The notes below the pieces were generated by a model that had not been told where the DNA came from, did not search any database, and saw only the letters and a list, made by a program, of their open reading frames with translations. DNA of 64,000 nt from Macrostomum hystrix (lineage: Eukaryota > Animalia > Platyhelminthes): NCBI GenBank assembly GCA_950097015.1, contig CATNEN010000038.1:20956001-21020000 (forward strand), read 5' to 3'. A program made the translations under genes and the position numbers. Positions 48,629 through 60,458 of this stretch are shown here, one piece after another. Each line of letters begins with the position of its first letter. The first letter of the stretch is position 1.

Positions 48629-50213
48629 GATGACATCATGCGCATTGCGTTGCGTAAAAGTGTGGGTCCACAGTTTCGTAACAAGTTAAAATGACCTGAT
48701 TTCGCAAAAATCTTTAAAAGAAAAAATACCAAATAGATAACTAAAAAGCCTTTTGAAACTGAATAAAAAATGCATATAAAAGTGCTATTTTGTAACGTAA
48801 AAAGTCTTGCGTCCTGCAAAAATCTTCTATGGTGACTTTTTGGAGCCGTGAAGTGTAAAAACGTGCGCATTTTTAAAGCTGCTGAACTTACTTTTTGAGG
48901 TATATTTTGAAAATAAGCATTTTATAAATTGTATAACAAAATTTAATTGAAGAAAGAAATAAGTTGCTTCAAAATCTGAATTAAAATAATTTTTAAATAA
49001 TCAAATTGTACATTTCAGTCGTTCTGTTTCATATGGTTTCTACACGAAAATAAAATTCAAATCGGCTATGTTAACATAGCATTCGAAATTTTTGTCGTAC
49101 GGCAAATTTGACATAAAAATTTCAAAGCAACTTAACCAAGCAATCACTATCTAAATCTGAATTTTTTTCAAGCCTTTAATCTGTAGCTATTATATTCGCT
49201 TTTTACTCTATATATTAGTATCCTACTACCTTATAAATACTTGTTTTACAATATATTGTGTTGTAGGGCTATTTACTAAAATCTCACAGCCGTCACCAGT
49301 TGTCGTAAAGCCCTTCTCTTTATTTTTATTCTTTATAAATTACTTATATTTATCCACTGCAAAAATGCTTATTTAAATGTCAACTTTCGTTATGTTTTAA
49401 AAATTTCCCTATTTATAGGGAAGTATAGGCCTAACACTTTAATATAAATTCAATTACTGTGGTAGCAAATCATAAGTGCCCGAGTGGTAAGACACTTTTA
49501 CTTTTAACTGTATAGAATTATTCTTTTAATACTTATTGATCACACCCAGTCTTTAAAGGCTCCAACTGATTGGAGGGTACCAGACAAACACAACATATTT
49601 ATTTCTATCCAAAACTGGCCTTTTGCTATCGTCTCGATAATAAACTGCCCTCCAATACGTTTTATGTATTCCCATTGTTATTTCCTCTTTATAACAATTT
49701 TTATTCAAAGAACACATGCATTCAGCAAATCTTATTCTTGAACTTGGGTTAAGCTCCCAAAAGTTAGTTTTTCTCCCTACAGCGCGCATATATTTATAGC
49801 AAAAATTGGGGGTGGGTATGCATATTTAAACAAAAATTAAAGTGTAGTTAAACAACGGTGAACAACGGTAAAAATATATATTAAATTGGAAATCAGAATG
49901 ATAAAATTCCTAGCCAAGTTTTCTAAGAAAGCCATAATAAGTGCTACTAATTATTAGTACTTACTCCAGTAGAAGAAATATCTGTCCTGACTCCTCACCA
50001 TTAATTAAACAAACCCGGTAGTTAGTCCTCGCCGGTTGTCTACGCCGGTTCGTCATATTGCATGACGGTTAGCAACATGCATATAAATAGCATTCGATTC
50101 GAGAAATATTCAAACAATCAACAGTTTCGGAATCGCCATCGAATGACCGCACAGCAAGTTCTGCTGGAGATAGGCCTAAGCAAAGCTAGGAAATGGTAGC
50201 GTAGTACGCGTAG

Positions 50214-50737
50214 CTAGAACATCGTAGACACTGGCATCAGCCATTCTTTTGCATCGCTGTAAGCGAGAAAACATCCAAAGCCGAGACCAACCAGTCGTAC
50301 TAAGTTTGTCTTTGGCTCTTGACTCGGTTGATCAGGAGACCAGAGCAGATTCAGATTGTTGCAAGTAAGTCCCATCAAATACACGGACTCTTTGTTCATC
50401 ACGACCAGTCGGCGACTGACCACTGCGATGTCGACAACATTTTCTACTGGAATCTGAGAGTGCTCTTGAACTTCCAGTGTCTCCGAAGACAGGCACAAAA
50501 GTTTTGAGTTGCTACCGAGAACGAATATTTTGCTGGCACAGCCCGTTACTCACAAAGGGTGCTCAAATTGGAGTAAGCACACAGTGTGGAGCACTGAGCC
50601 AGCCAAATCTGTCACCACTAGGTTTGAATCAAAAAACAACAAATAGAACTGCTGTTGTTTGTCGCTACAGTAACAAGACATCAGGTCAGATAGGTGTGAC
50701 ACTTCCCATTTGGCGATGTGGAGAGGCTCTCCGCTTG
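50214..50737 (-). pseudogene. Cargo 1: ~175-codon beta-strand-rich (possibly beta-propeller) reading frame with one in-frame TGA at 50550-50552
   Basis: GEPLHIAKWEVSHLSDLMSCYCSDKQQQFYLLFFDSNLVVTDLAGSVLHTVCLLQFEHPL*VTGCASKIFVLGSNSKLLCLSSETLEVQ...MPVSTMF*; the frame is open right up to the arm junction. Fold is inferred. Confidence 0.5.
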
Positions 50738-51113
50738 TAAATATATAAATATTTGTAGAAATTGATTTATTAGGCCTAGTCTAAATGTGTGCTAATTAGA
50801 CAATAAAAACAATTGAAGTATGTAGCTAAATATTTTGAAAAGCCTACTCCTAACATTTACCAAACTAGTGTTTAGCATTAAGAAAGTATATTTGCCTGTT
50901 TAAATTGCACTTTTTGTTGTTGTGATTTGGAATCACATTAACAACAATTATAACACAGCTGTTTTAATAACAAAATGAATAATAAATAATACACAAATGA
51001 AGAAAAAAAATTTAAACAATCCATTTTAGATTTAAAACTATAAATGATTATAATGTTAAAGTTAGAAGCATTATATTTCTATAGGGCCTATGCTTTGTTT
51101 TTATAATAATAAT

Positions 51114-51933
51114 TGTTGTACTCGCGACTTCCCAGAGGGACGCCCCTAGGAGGGTCAGAGTACGCGGGCCCGTGCTGGCCTGCGTCAGGGCGCGAGTGTC
51201 CGCACGGGACCCTAAGTCTGGGGCGTCAGGACGCACCCAAGTGGCCGGCACACGCGTCGGGACGCTGTGATGTTGATCACCCTTCAGTGGGGCGTCAGGG
51301 CGCACAAGCTGGCGTCTGAGTACAGCGGGCGTACAGTACAGGGTGACCCCTGGCTGGCAACCTGGTCTAGTCCCCCTCCTTAGTCGGCGTCAGGACACAC
51401 GGACGGTCCCCACTACAGCCCCCGAAATGAAGGAGACAAGGCAGCGACTTACTTCTGGTTCACTCGCACTCGTGCGTGTAGTCAACTTCGTGCAGCGGAC
51501 TTCTGATTGCGGCTGGCAGACTGGGTGGTCGATATTTATTAGTTATTATTTGTGCGTGGGGGACGGGTTATGGAAACAGTAGTCAGGCGTTGTAGAGCGT
51601 GAACACGCGCACGGGGGAGCCACCCGCCCCCGGCCGCGCCTTTATAGGACACGGCTCACCAAGGGCCGGGGCCCCCCCCCGCCCCACCCCCACCCACCAC
51701 CCCGGCCCAGCCACCCACCGGCCAATCACGGCGCAGCTGGGGGAGGGGCAGCCTGGGGCGAGGACCAAAAAGGGCGGCCCAGCCAACCAGCGCGCAGCCA
51801 ACACAATGGCGGCTAAGCGGCTTACACCACTGAGCCTTTAACGCCAAAACAACAATGCCAAAAACAACTGCGAGTGCACTTGTTGCGCGGGGGGGCGAGT
51901 GCACTTGAGCAGTGCAAGCGCACGTGCACAACA
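51114..51933 (-). mobile_element. Solo LTR (820 bp, TGTTGT...ACAACA, 4-bp TSD TAAT) inserted in the right arm of copy 1
   Basis: Absent from copy 2 (empty site ATAATAATAAT|ATAGAC at ~59036). GC-rich. Minus-strand TATAAA at ~51646-51641 followed by AATAAA at 51540-51535. Confidence 0.88.
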
Positions 51934-52230
51934 TAATATAGACAATATGATATTTAAGCCTAACTATCTTTGTTTGTTCCTTTTTAAACAGCTATAGCAG
52001 TGTAATATGACAATATAATATGGTGCCTAGAAAATGTAGTGTCCTAGTTGTGCCACTATCAGTAGGCCTAGGCCTATTTGATATCATTGGATGAGATGCC
52101 TAAGCAACAAGATAAGCAAAGGCACATTAGCAGATTTGTTATTGACAAAGTTAATAGGACTAGGTGTACAGGTGGATAGTAGCATGGCCAATATAGCATT
52201 GGGGCCTAGTCAGTAAAATTAGTAAAATTT

Positions 52231-52398
52231 TACACCACTTCACACCTCTTCAGATGCAATGCCAGGCCTACGGAGATCACGTTAGAAAACCTCTGGACTG
52301 ATCCTGTTAAGGCCGCCACCTTCCTGAGACTACCGACGAGCGAGGTAGAGTGTGAGCGTCCCGAACTAGCCTAAAGGAAGGCTACAACATACAACACA
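52231..52398 (+). mobile_element. 3'-terminal fragment of a non-LTR retrotransposon in the element right arm (second copy ~59330-59497)
   Basis: Translates to YTTSHLFRCNARPTEITLENLWTDPVKAATFLRL...*, resembling the C-terminal end of LINE ORF2 proteins, followed by an ACA-rich tail. Confidence 0.55.
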
Positions 52399-53358
52399 TT
52401 GCTAATCCGGGCTGCATCTCGCTGCTTTTATATATTTTTTGTTAATTAAAAGTAAAGTACTTGTCTTCGTTCCTCGAACCCAGTTTCTGTTTAAGGCAGT
52501 GTTTTCACAGTGTACTCTTTGAGCACTCTTAAGTACTCGTACTCTGGTACTCTTTAAGGGCGTAGCAATAGAGTACTCTGGTATTCATTTAAAGTGCGTA
52601 CTTTGAAGTGGGCGAGTACTTTTTAAAGTGCAACGCATTTCAGTCTGTCATCATCAATCCTAATTTTGTACTATATGAAAGTGTCAATAATCGCTGGTAC
52701 ATTAGTACATTCTCGCAACGTAAAATTAGTAGATTTATTATATGCATTTTAAAGATACGTTGCTTAGTAAATAACAGATATGTTATCAGTCCCATTAATT
52801 ATACCCTACGTACAGAAGTAACACAACATAATATATATGGTAACGTGGCTTGATGGCACTGCTAATGTGTGTGTCTGCCCATTCGTGTTGTTGCATGTAC
52901 AAAACAAGTGCTGTTTGGATAAATCTTTCCTTTAATTATGTTTTACGTTTTTTGACAGATGGGCATAGATAGATAGGTAGATAGATCTCATACTGTCTCT
53001 CTCACTCTCCGATTCTCCGCGCTCCCTCCCGCTGTTTTAATTTTGTTTATTTTGTTCCCTAATAAAAACATAAATTCACCCTCTCCCTCCATATGTGGGT
53101 CCCACATTCGGCTGTCAGTCAGTCAAGGAGATATTAGCGCTCATCAAGATTTTGATACAGGAGTCAATGATGCAGTAGTCTGCTCTATTAAAGTGCTTCA
53201 GTGAGTATCCTCAGTACAAAGGCCGCTAAGTTTTGGAATATTTATTAAGTCTTTTGTTCATTTTATTGGGTGACATGATCAGAAGTAAAAAATAATTTCG
53301 AAATATTGAGCAATTAATGCACTTCGACCTGCTAAGGTGGCACACCTTCAATCTAGTT

Positions 53359-56300
53359 AGGTCGAAGTGCAGTCCGGAAAAATTGCCAACGAGGAGCGAA
53401 GCGAGCGAAGCGAGCGTAGCTCCTCGTTGGCAATTTTTTCGGACAAACGAGACCGAGATAAGATGTGCTTGAGACTCCCCCAACGTAAAATCAACGTTTT
53501 AGAAACTAAAATTGATGCAGAATTAAAACCACTTGAGATGAAACCATGTGTGACCCCTTTATGGACGTAAAACATTTAGGGCTACAAGATGAGCGACGTG
53601 AAAGTTCCATAGCAACGCGTCTTGGTTGCCATGGCAACAAAAAAGTGACTTTTTTTAGACCCGTCGAAATCTTGAATCTCAAAAAATAAGGATTCACAAT
53701 ATGGAGTCAAAAATTGATTGAACCCAACTTTTGGCGAATTTTCAGACCTTCAAGACACTGATTGGTTATTTTCCGCTAAATGCTTACCTTGATAGGTAAT
53801 TCTGTAAAAGTGTGTTTTTTAAGTGTCAAAAAATGCGCATTTTTTTCAACTTTCAACTGACGCAGCTCAAAGGTCGCGCGTCAGCGCGACCTTTGAGCTG
53901 CGTCATTCTAACGATGGCACCTGGGACTCTTACATGACGCACGACTTTAACCAAGATACTCACTTTAACTGTACATTCGCACCTGTTAATTACATTCGAA
54001 TATTCGACGGGTAGGTATTCGAACCGAAATAAAGGAAATTCAACCTTGTTGCAAGACTCTAAAAAGTACATGAATGCGGTCATTTAGGTAAGATCTACAT
54101 GTTTATAATACATTTTGAGCCGTTTCGTTGCACTGACTTTGAGCCATACACTGCTAAAGTCGATAAACGTGATTTAGGCTATTTTTATGCATTTTTCATG
54201 ATACAAATGTACAAAAAATAAGAAACGACGACATGCTAGGAAAATCAGACTTTTTAGGCAAGGTGCACAACTAAATTGCGCACAATATGTATATCTTGAA
54301 ATTTCGTCTTAGTTTATTGAAGTCGCTGCCGGTACAGAAATGTACTTTAACGACGGTACGGGGGGCTTGCATATCGAGCATACTTTTTAGCCTGTAACTT
54401 TTGAACGGATTACCGGAGCGCGACGCGCTTGGTGTCATTGAACTACATTTTAGTTGTACTTTAATTTGAATGTATGTTCGCTGTCATTGCACGATGCGTT
54501 GTACACCTCAGGTCAGGTCACGTGACTTGCTGGAAATGAAATAATGACTTTGTACCTATACTAAGGATAGGTGAAGCGTAAGAATGAGCCAAAATTTGTA
54601 CTTATTAGAAACACCTAGATGACTACTGTCAGAAAAAAAGATATTCACGTCTGTCAGTTGCAAAAAAATTTTATAATTGACTCTCAAAATCGAAAAACGT
54701 GATTTTGTGCAAAAACAACCCATATGAGCACACATAGGGTGAAAAATTTATTGATTTTCGCTATGAGGTTCTTAGCTTCCAAGAGCACTATTGTGCCCAG
54801 TAAACACGTACAGATGACTGCTATCTTCGTTAGTGTGCGAAAATTCATATTTTGACGCTAATAACATTTTCCGAATTACGAGGTTCCGGTGTTATGCGCT
54901 TTTTTGCTATATTTCACGCTGCCATTTATTAACGATGCTACGCCAGGCCTTCAGTGTGGTGTCAATAATTAGCATTTAAAAAGTGCTTTAATTTGAGTGT
55001 ATGTTCGCTGGCATTGCACGATGCGTTGTACACCTCAGGCCAGGTCACGTGACTTGCTGGAAATGAAATAATGACTTTGTACCTATACTAAGGATAGGTG
55101 AAGCATAAGAATGACCCATATTAGTACTTATTAGAAACATCTAGATGACTACTCTCAGAAAATGGGACATTCACGTCTGTCAGTTGCAAAAAAATTTTAT
55201 AATTGACTCTCAAAATCGAAAAACGTGATTTTGTGCAAAAACAACCCATTTGAGCACTACATAGGGCGGAAAATATATTAATTTTCGCTATGAGGTTCTT
55301 AGCTTCCAAGAGCACTATTGTGCCCAGTAAACACGTACAGATGACTGCCATCTTCGTTAGTGTGCGAAAATTCGTATTTTGACGCTATTAACATTTTACC
55401 GAATTACGAGGTTCCGGTACTATGCGTTTTTTTGCTATATTTCACGCTGCCATTTATTAACGATGCTACGCCAGGCCTTCAGTGTGGTGTCAATAAATAG
55501 CATTTAGCAAGTGCTTTAAGATGACATCATGCGCATTGCGTTGCGTAAAAGTGTGGGTCCACAGTTTCGTAATAAGTTAAAAAGACCTGATTTCGCAAAA
55601 ATCTTTAAAAGAAAAAATACCAAATAGGTAACTAAAAAGCCTTCTGACACTGAATAAGAAATGCACATAAAAGTGCTATTTTGTAACTTAAAAAGTCTTG
55701 CGTCCTGCAAAAATCTTCTATGCTGACTTTTTGGAGCCGTGAAGTGAAAAAAACGTGCGCATTTTTAAAGCTGTTGAACTTACTTTTTGAGGTATATTTT
55801 GAAAATAAGCTTTTATAAATTGTATAACAAAATTTAATTAAAGAAAGAAATAAGTTGCTTCAAAAACTGAATTAAAGTAATTTTTAAATAATCTAATTGT
55901 ACATTTTAGTCGTTCTGTTTCATATGGTTTCTACAAGAAAATCAAATTCAAATCGGCTATGTTAACAGTAGCATTCGAAATTTTTGTCGTACGGCAAATT
56001 TGACATAAAAATTTCAAAGCAACTTAACTAAGCAATCACAATCTAAATCTGAATTTTTTTCAGGCCTTTAATCTGTAGCTATTATATTCGCTTTTTACTC
56101 TATATATTAGTATCCTATTGATTTGGATATTGATTGATTGATTTGATTTGTTTTGCATTTTTAAAGATACTAGGCCTATGTATAATTATGGACTTAGCTA
56201 AATAATTAGCCTAGGCCTACCTAATGTTGGGTAACTTGTATTGATTGGCAAAGCATTTCACTGCAAAGGCATATCTTGTGGTTTCAGATTTTCATCTTTA

Positions 56301-59300
56301 GAATTCCTAATCCAAATATACAGAATGTCCAAGATTTTCTATTATGAGTATTATTTATTGGACCTTAGTATATGATGTTAATTCATGTGGCTCACTTTGA
56401 TTTTTAAGTCTATTTAATAGAACTTTGTGATAAAAAATTAATGAATGGTAAATTATAATTAATTAGGCCTAGTCACACAGGACATCTGTAGCTATAAAAA
56501 CTTAGCATCTAAGTAGTTTACAATAGTTTAGCATTTTTAGGGTTTTATGTGTTGCAAAACTGTTTGCTTTCTACAGTATTTGGCTTAGGGCTGCATCCAT
56601 AATTGGAAACAATAAGCTTCTAGATATGTACATTAGAGACATATCTAGTATGTCTGTAATGTCTCTAGCTGTAACAAAAGAAAGAGCTTGTTACAGCTGG
56701 TGGTGTGTCTATGACGGATTTCACAATCTACTTCAAATTAAAAATAAGACTTCCCAACTTCAGCAATCCTGCCAAAACGAAGAAAATGAATGCAACTCAC
56801 AAAGATCTGTGATCTGCGATTTGATCTGCAAATTCCAAGATCGAACAACAGGTATCTACTTGAGTTAGAATTGAGTGATTTTAGAGACTTGTCAACATAT
56901 ATATTTGCTTCTTGGAGTCAATTGATACACAATAGAACACAAAGTTATTGTCAAAATAACGAATATAAAATACAAAAATAAATCAACAAGGAAAAAACGA
57001 GCACTATTTTTAATCCGCACAAGGCATGCTATCCACAAAGAATGACTATTATGAAATTTAAAAGTACACAAAAAACCTTAAAAAATAAATTTTCGTCCAA
57101 TTTACAACTGCAATAAGGCGGAAGGCCTTTTTGTTTACGAGTTGGAGTGGCAGCAAAGTTTGTGCTGCATTGCACGTATATTTATATACAATGCGAGAGC
57201 GAGATAGAGGGGTCTAGGGAGGTGTGAACTGGTGGCGTGACTTCATACCCCGGCTTAGCAAGCCGGCTGGCTGGGTGCACCAACCCCCACCTCAACTAGA
57301 CTGAGGTTGAGGGGTTTTGGGTGCGGCTGCACTGGCGCTGGTCACGTGTTGACTCTACGCCACAGCAAAGTATTATTCTTTTAGTTTCGATGACAAAAAG
57401 ACATTCTCGTAGTGGAAAGTTCCAAGGCAAGGATGAAATGCAAAGATACATTTCTACACATTGCCATTATTTCGAAGAAATAAGCATATTGGCAGGAGTA
57501 AGTCATGAAATAAAATCCTATTGTTGACACTTAGAAGCAATAACCAAAGCACAGGCACAAACTTTGTCACTTCTGAGATGCTAATTAACCCTGAACACAG
57601 ATTGACATTCAAATAAAAACTGTTGATTTCGTTATTTAATAACAATATTGGCAAATTAAAAGCTGAAAATTGAGCAAATGTTCTATCGATCAGGCACAAG
57701 GTTCAATTAAAATCATTTGATGCAGCCATATCAAATTGAACTAAGAAGACTAAAAAACTAAAAAGACAGGGGGAAGCTAAAAACATAAAATAAATCATAA
57801 AAACAAGATTGGACAGCACAAAGGACATAAGATCTAATTGATTTTAGCTGGGGAAGCGATACCAAGCAAGGGGCACCTTAATTTTTTGTAAAATGACACA
57901 CACAGTAGCAACCAACATTAATAGTGCGCTAGGTCCCACACAACTAGTTTCCAAGCAGTTCAATTAGACCCTGACTGGCCAGCGGCCATTGCTAGACCGG
58001 TCCACAATGTGCCTATCGTTACTGATGGTGACACGCAGGCTGCCAGTGTTGGCCTTGCCAAGGCGCACCAACTGACAGGGCAACTCCTCGTCGCTTTCCT
58101 CATCGACTCTGATAACAGACAGACAGACCCGCTGCCGCTGCTGCTTATAATCAGACTGATAATAGTTGGCGTTCTCATCTCGGCTCCGAGAAGACTGAAT
58201 AGTAGTGTAGCGCAGTTTATAGCGACTGTGAAGCTTCTCCTGCTGGAGTGCGCGCTGGCCAAAGCTCTGCGATCGAAAAGCGCCACCACCTCGACTAGCG
58301 CCTTGGTTGGCGCCACCTGTTCTCTGTCGCTGGATAAGCGAGCAGATGTGGCTTGTCTCCTCTGTTTCTCGACCAAATGCGACTAACTCGCCATTCACTA
58401 GGTGGATGTAGCCTACATTAGGCAAGCTGCGCATTAGTGAAGTCACATTGTCATGTCCAGCCAGATCGAGGGCGTGCCCGGCCAGGGCCCTGTACTGGGC
58501 CTGCAGCTCGCATAGTCGGACACCATTCTTAGTGCTGAGAAGTACAGCCCGAAGCAGGCTGTCTTGAGCAGTGGGGCTGGGAGTCGACATGAATAAACAG
58601 CTGAAAATCAATATATAAGGATTAGAGCAAAGAGGCTAGCTAAGGAAAATGCTGTATACTTCATAAATATATAAATATTTGTAGAAATTGATTTATTTGG
58701 CCTAGTCTAAGTGCTAATTAGACAATAAAAACAATTAAAGTATGCAGCTAAATATTTTGAAAAGCCTACTCCTAACATTTACCAAACTAGTGTTTAGCAT
58801 TAAGAAAGTATATTTGCCTGTTTAAATTGCACTTTTTGTTGTTGTGATTTGGAATCACATTAACAACAATTATAACACAGCTGTTTTTAATAACAAAATG
58901 AATAATAAATAATACACAAATGAAGAAAAAAAATTTAAACAATCCATTTTAGATTTAAGACTATAAATGATTATAATGTTAAAGTTAGAAGCATTATATT
59001 TCCATAGGGCCTATGCTTTGTTTTTATAATAATAATATAGACAATATGATATTTAAGCCTAACTATCTTTGTTTGTTCCTTTTTAAACAGCTATAGCAGT
59101 GTAATATGACAATATAATATGGTGCCTTGAAAATGTAGTGTCCTAGTTGTGCCACTATCAGTAGGCCTAGGCCTATTTGATATCATTGGATGAGATGCCT
59201 AAGCAACAAGATAAGCAAAGGCAAATTAGCAGTTTTGTTATTGACAAAGTTAATAGTACTAGGTGTACAGGTGGATAGTAGCATGGCCAATATAGCATTG

Positions 59301-60458
59301 GGGCCTAGTCAGTAAAATTAGTAAAATTTTACACCACTTCACACCTCTTCAGATGCAATGCCAGGCCTACGGAGATCACGTTAGAAAACCTCTGGACTGA
59401 TCCTGTTAAGGCCGCCACCTTCCTGAGACTACCGACGAGCGAGGTAGAGTGTGAGCGTCCCGAACTAGCCTAAAGGAAGGCTACAACATACAACACATTG
59501 CTAATCCGGGCTTCATCTCGCTGCTTTTATATATTTTTTGTTAATTAAAAGTAAAGTACTTGTCTTCGTTCCTCGAACCCAGTTTCTGTTTAAGGCAGTG
59601 TTTTCACAGTGTACTCTTTGAGCACTCTTAAGTACTCGTACTCTGGTACTCTTTAAGGGCGTAGCAATAGAGTACTCTGGTATTCATTTAAAGTGCGTAC
59701 TTTGAAGTGGGCGAGTACTTTTTAAAGTGCAACGCATTTCAGTCTGTCATCATCAATCCTAATTTTGTACTATATGAAAGTGTCAATAATCGCTGGTACA
59801 TTAGTACATTCTCGCAACGTAAAATTAGTAGATTTATTATATGCATTTTAAAGATACGTTGCTTAGGAAATAACAGATATGTTATCAGTCCCATTAATTA
59901 TACCCTACGTACTGAAGTAACACAACATAATATATGGTAACGTGGCTTGATGGCACTGCTAATGTGTGTGTCTGCCCATTCGTGTTGTTGCATGTACAAA
60001 ACAAGTGCTGTTTGGATAAATCTTTCCTTTAATTATTACGTTTACGTTTTTTGACAGATGGGCATAGATAGATCGGTAGATAGATCTCATACTGTCTCTC
60101 TCACTCTCCGATTCTCCGCGCTCCCTCCCGCTGTTTTAATTTTGTTTATTTTGTTCCCTAATAAAAACAAAAATTCACCCTCTCCCTCCATATGTGGGTC
60201 CCACATTCGGCTGTCAGTCAGTCAAGGAGATATTAGCGCTCATCAAGATTTTAATACAGGAGTCAATGATGCAGTAGTCTGCTCTATTAAAGTGCTTCAG
60301 TGAGTATCCTCAGTACAAAGGCCGCTAAGTTTTGGAATATTTACAATGGTTTTTTGTTCATTTTATTGGGTGACATGATCAGAAGTAAAAAATAATTTCG
60401 AAATATTGAGCAATTAATGCACTTCGACCTGCTAAGGTGGCACACCTTCAATCTAGTT
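53359..60458 (+). mobile_element. Non-autonomous Helentron-like element, copy 2 (head-to-tail with copy 1), carrying a LOTUS gene
   Basis: Same 5' subTIR (53359), left arm to 56117, right arm 58664-60458, with 3' subTIR (60418-60430), palindrome and CTAGTT. Confidence 0.75.
57964..58590 (-). CDS. Cargo 2: stand-alone extended LOTUS (OST-HTH) domain protein, TDRD7/TDRD5-like N-terminus, 208 aa, intronless
   Basis: LLRAVLLSTKNGVRLCELQAQYRALAG...SLMRSLPNV...GRETEETSHICSLIQRQR parallels the TDRD7 N-terminal LOTUS, including the C-terminal extension helix. Acceptor TTTTCAG lies 10 nt before the ATG. No Tudor domain. Confidence 0.8.
   Translation of the reverse strand: MSTPSPTAQDSLLRAVLLSTKNGVRLCELQAQYRALAGHALDLAGHDNVTSLMRSLPNVGYIHLVNGELVAFGRETEETSHICSLIQRQRTGGANQGASRGGGAFRSQSFGQRALQQEKLHSRYKLRYTTIQSSRSRDENANYYQSDYKQQRQRVCLSVIRVDEESDEELPCQLVRLGKANTGSLRVTISNDRHIVDRSSNGRWPVRV

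Larger units (their letters stand above)
46470..53358 (+). mobile_element. Non-autonomous Helentron-like (HINE/DINE-type) element, copy 1, with gene-fragment cargo
   Basis: 5' TT + subTIR AGGTCGAAGTGCA (46470); 26-bp stem-loop 46483-46555; internal ~527-bp tandem duplication; 3' subTIR TGCACTTCGACCT (53318-53330), palindrome AAGGTG-gca-CACCTT, terminal CTAGTT; no Rep/helicase ORF. Confidence 0.75.

Noticed and set aside
46470-49225. The 2.76-kb repeat as a stand-alone transposon, with 60450 as its empty site
   Set aside because: The right flanks do not match, and its subTIR partner lies at the end of the right arm, so both arms belong to one larger element
50550-50552. Selenocysteine recoding of the cargo-1 TGA
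   Set aside because: No SECIS recognised and no redox motif context; a nonsense mutation is simpler
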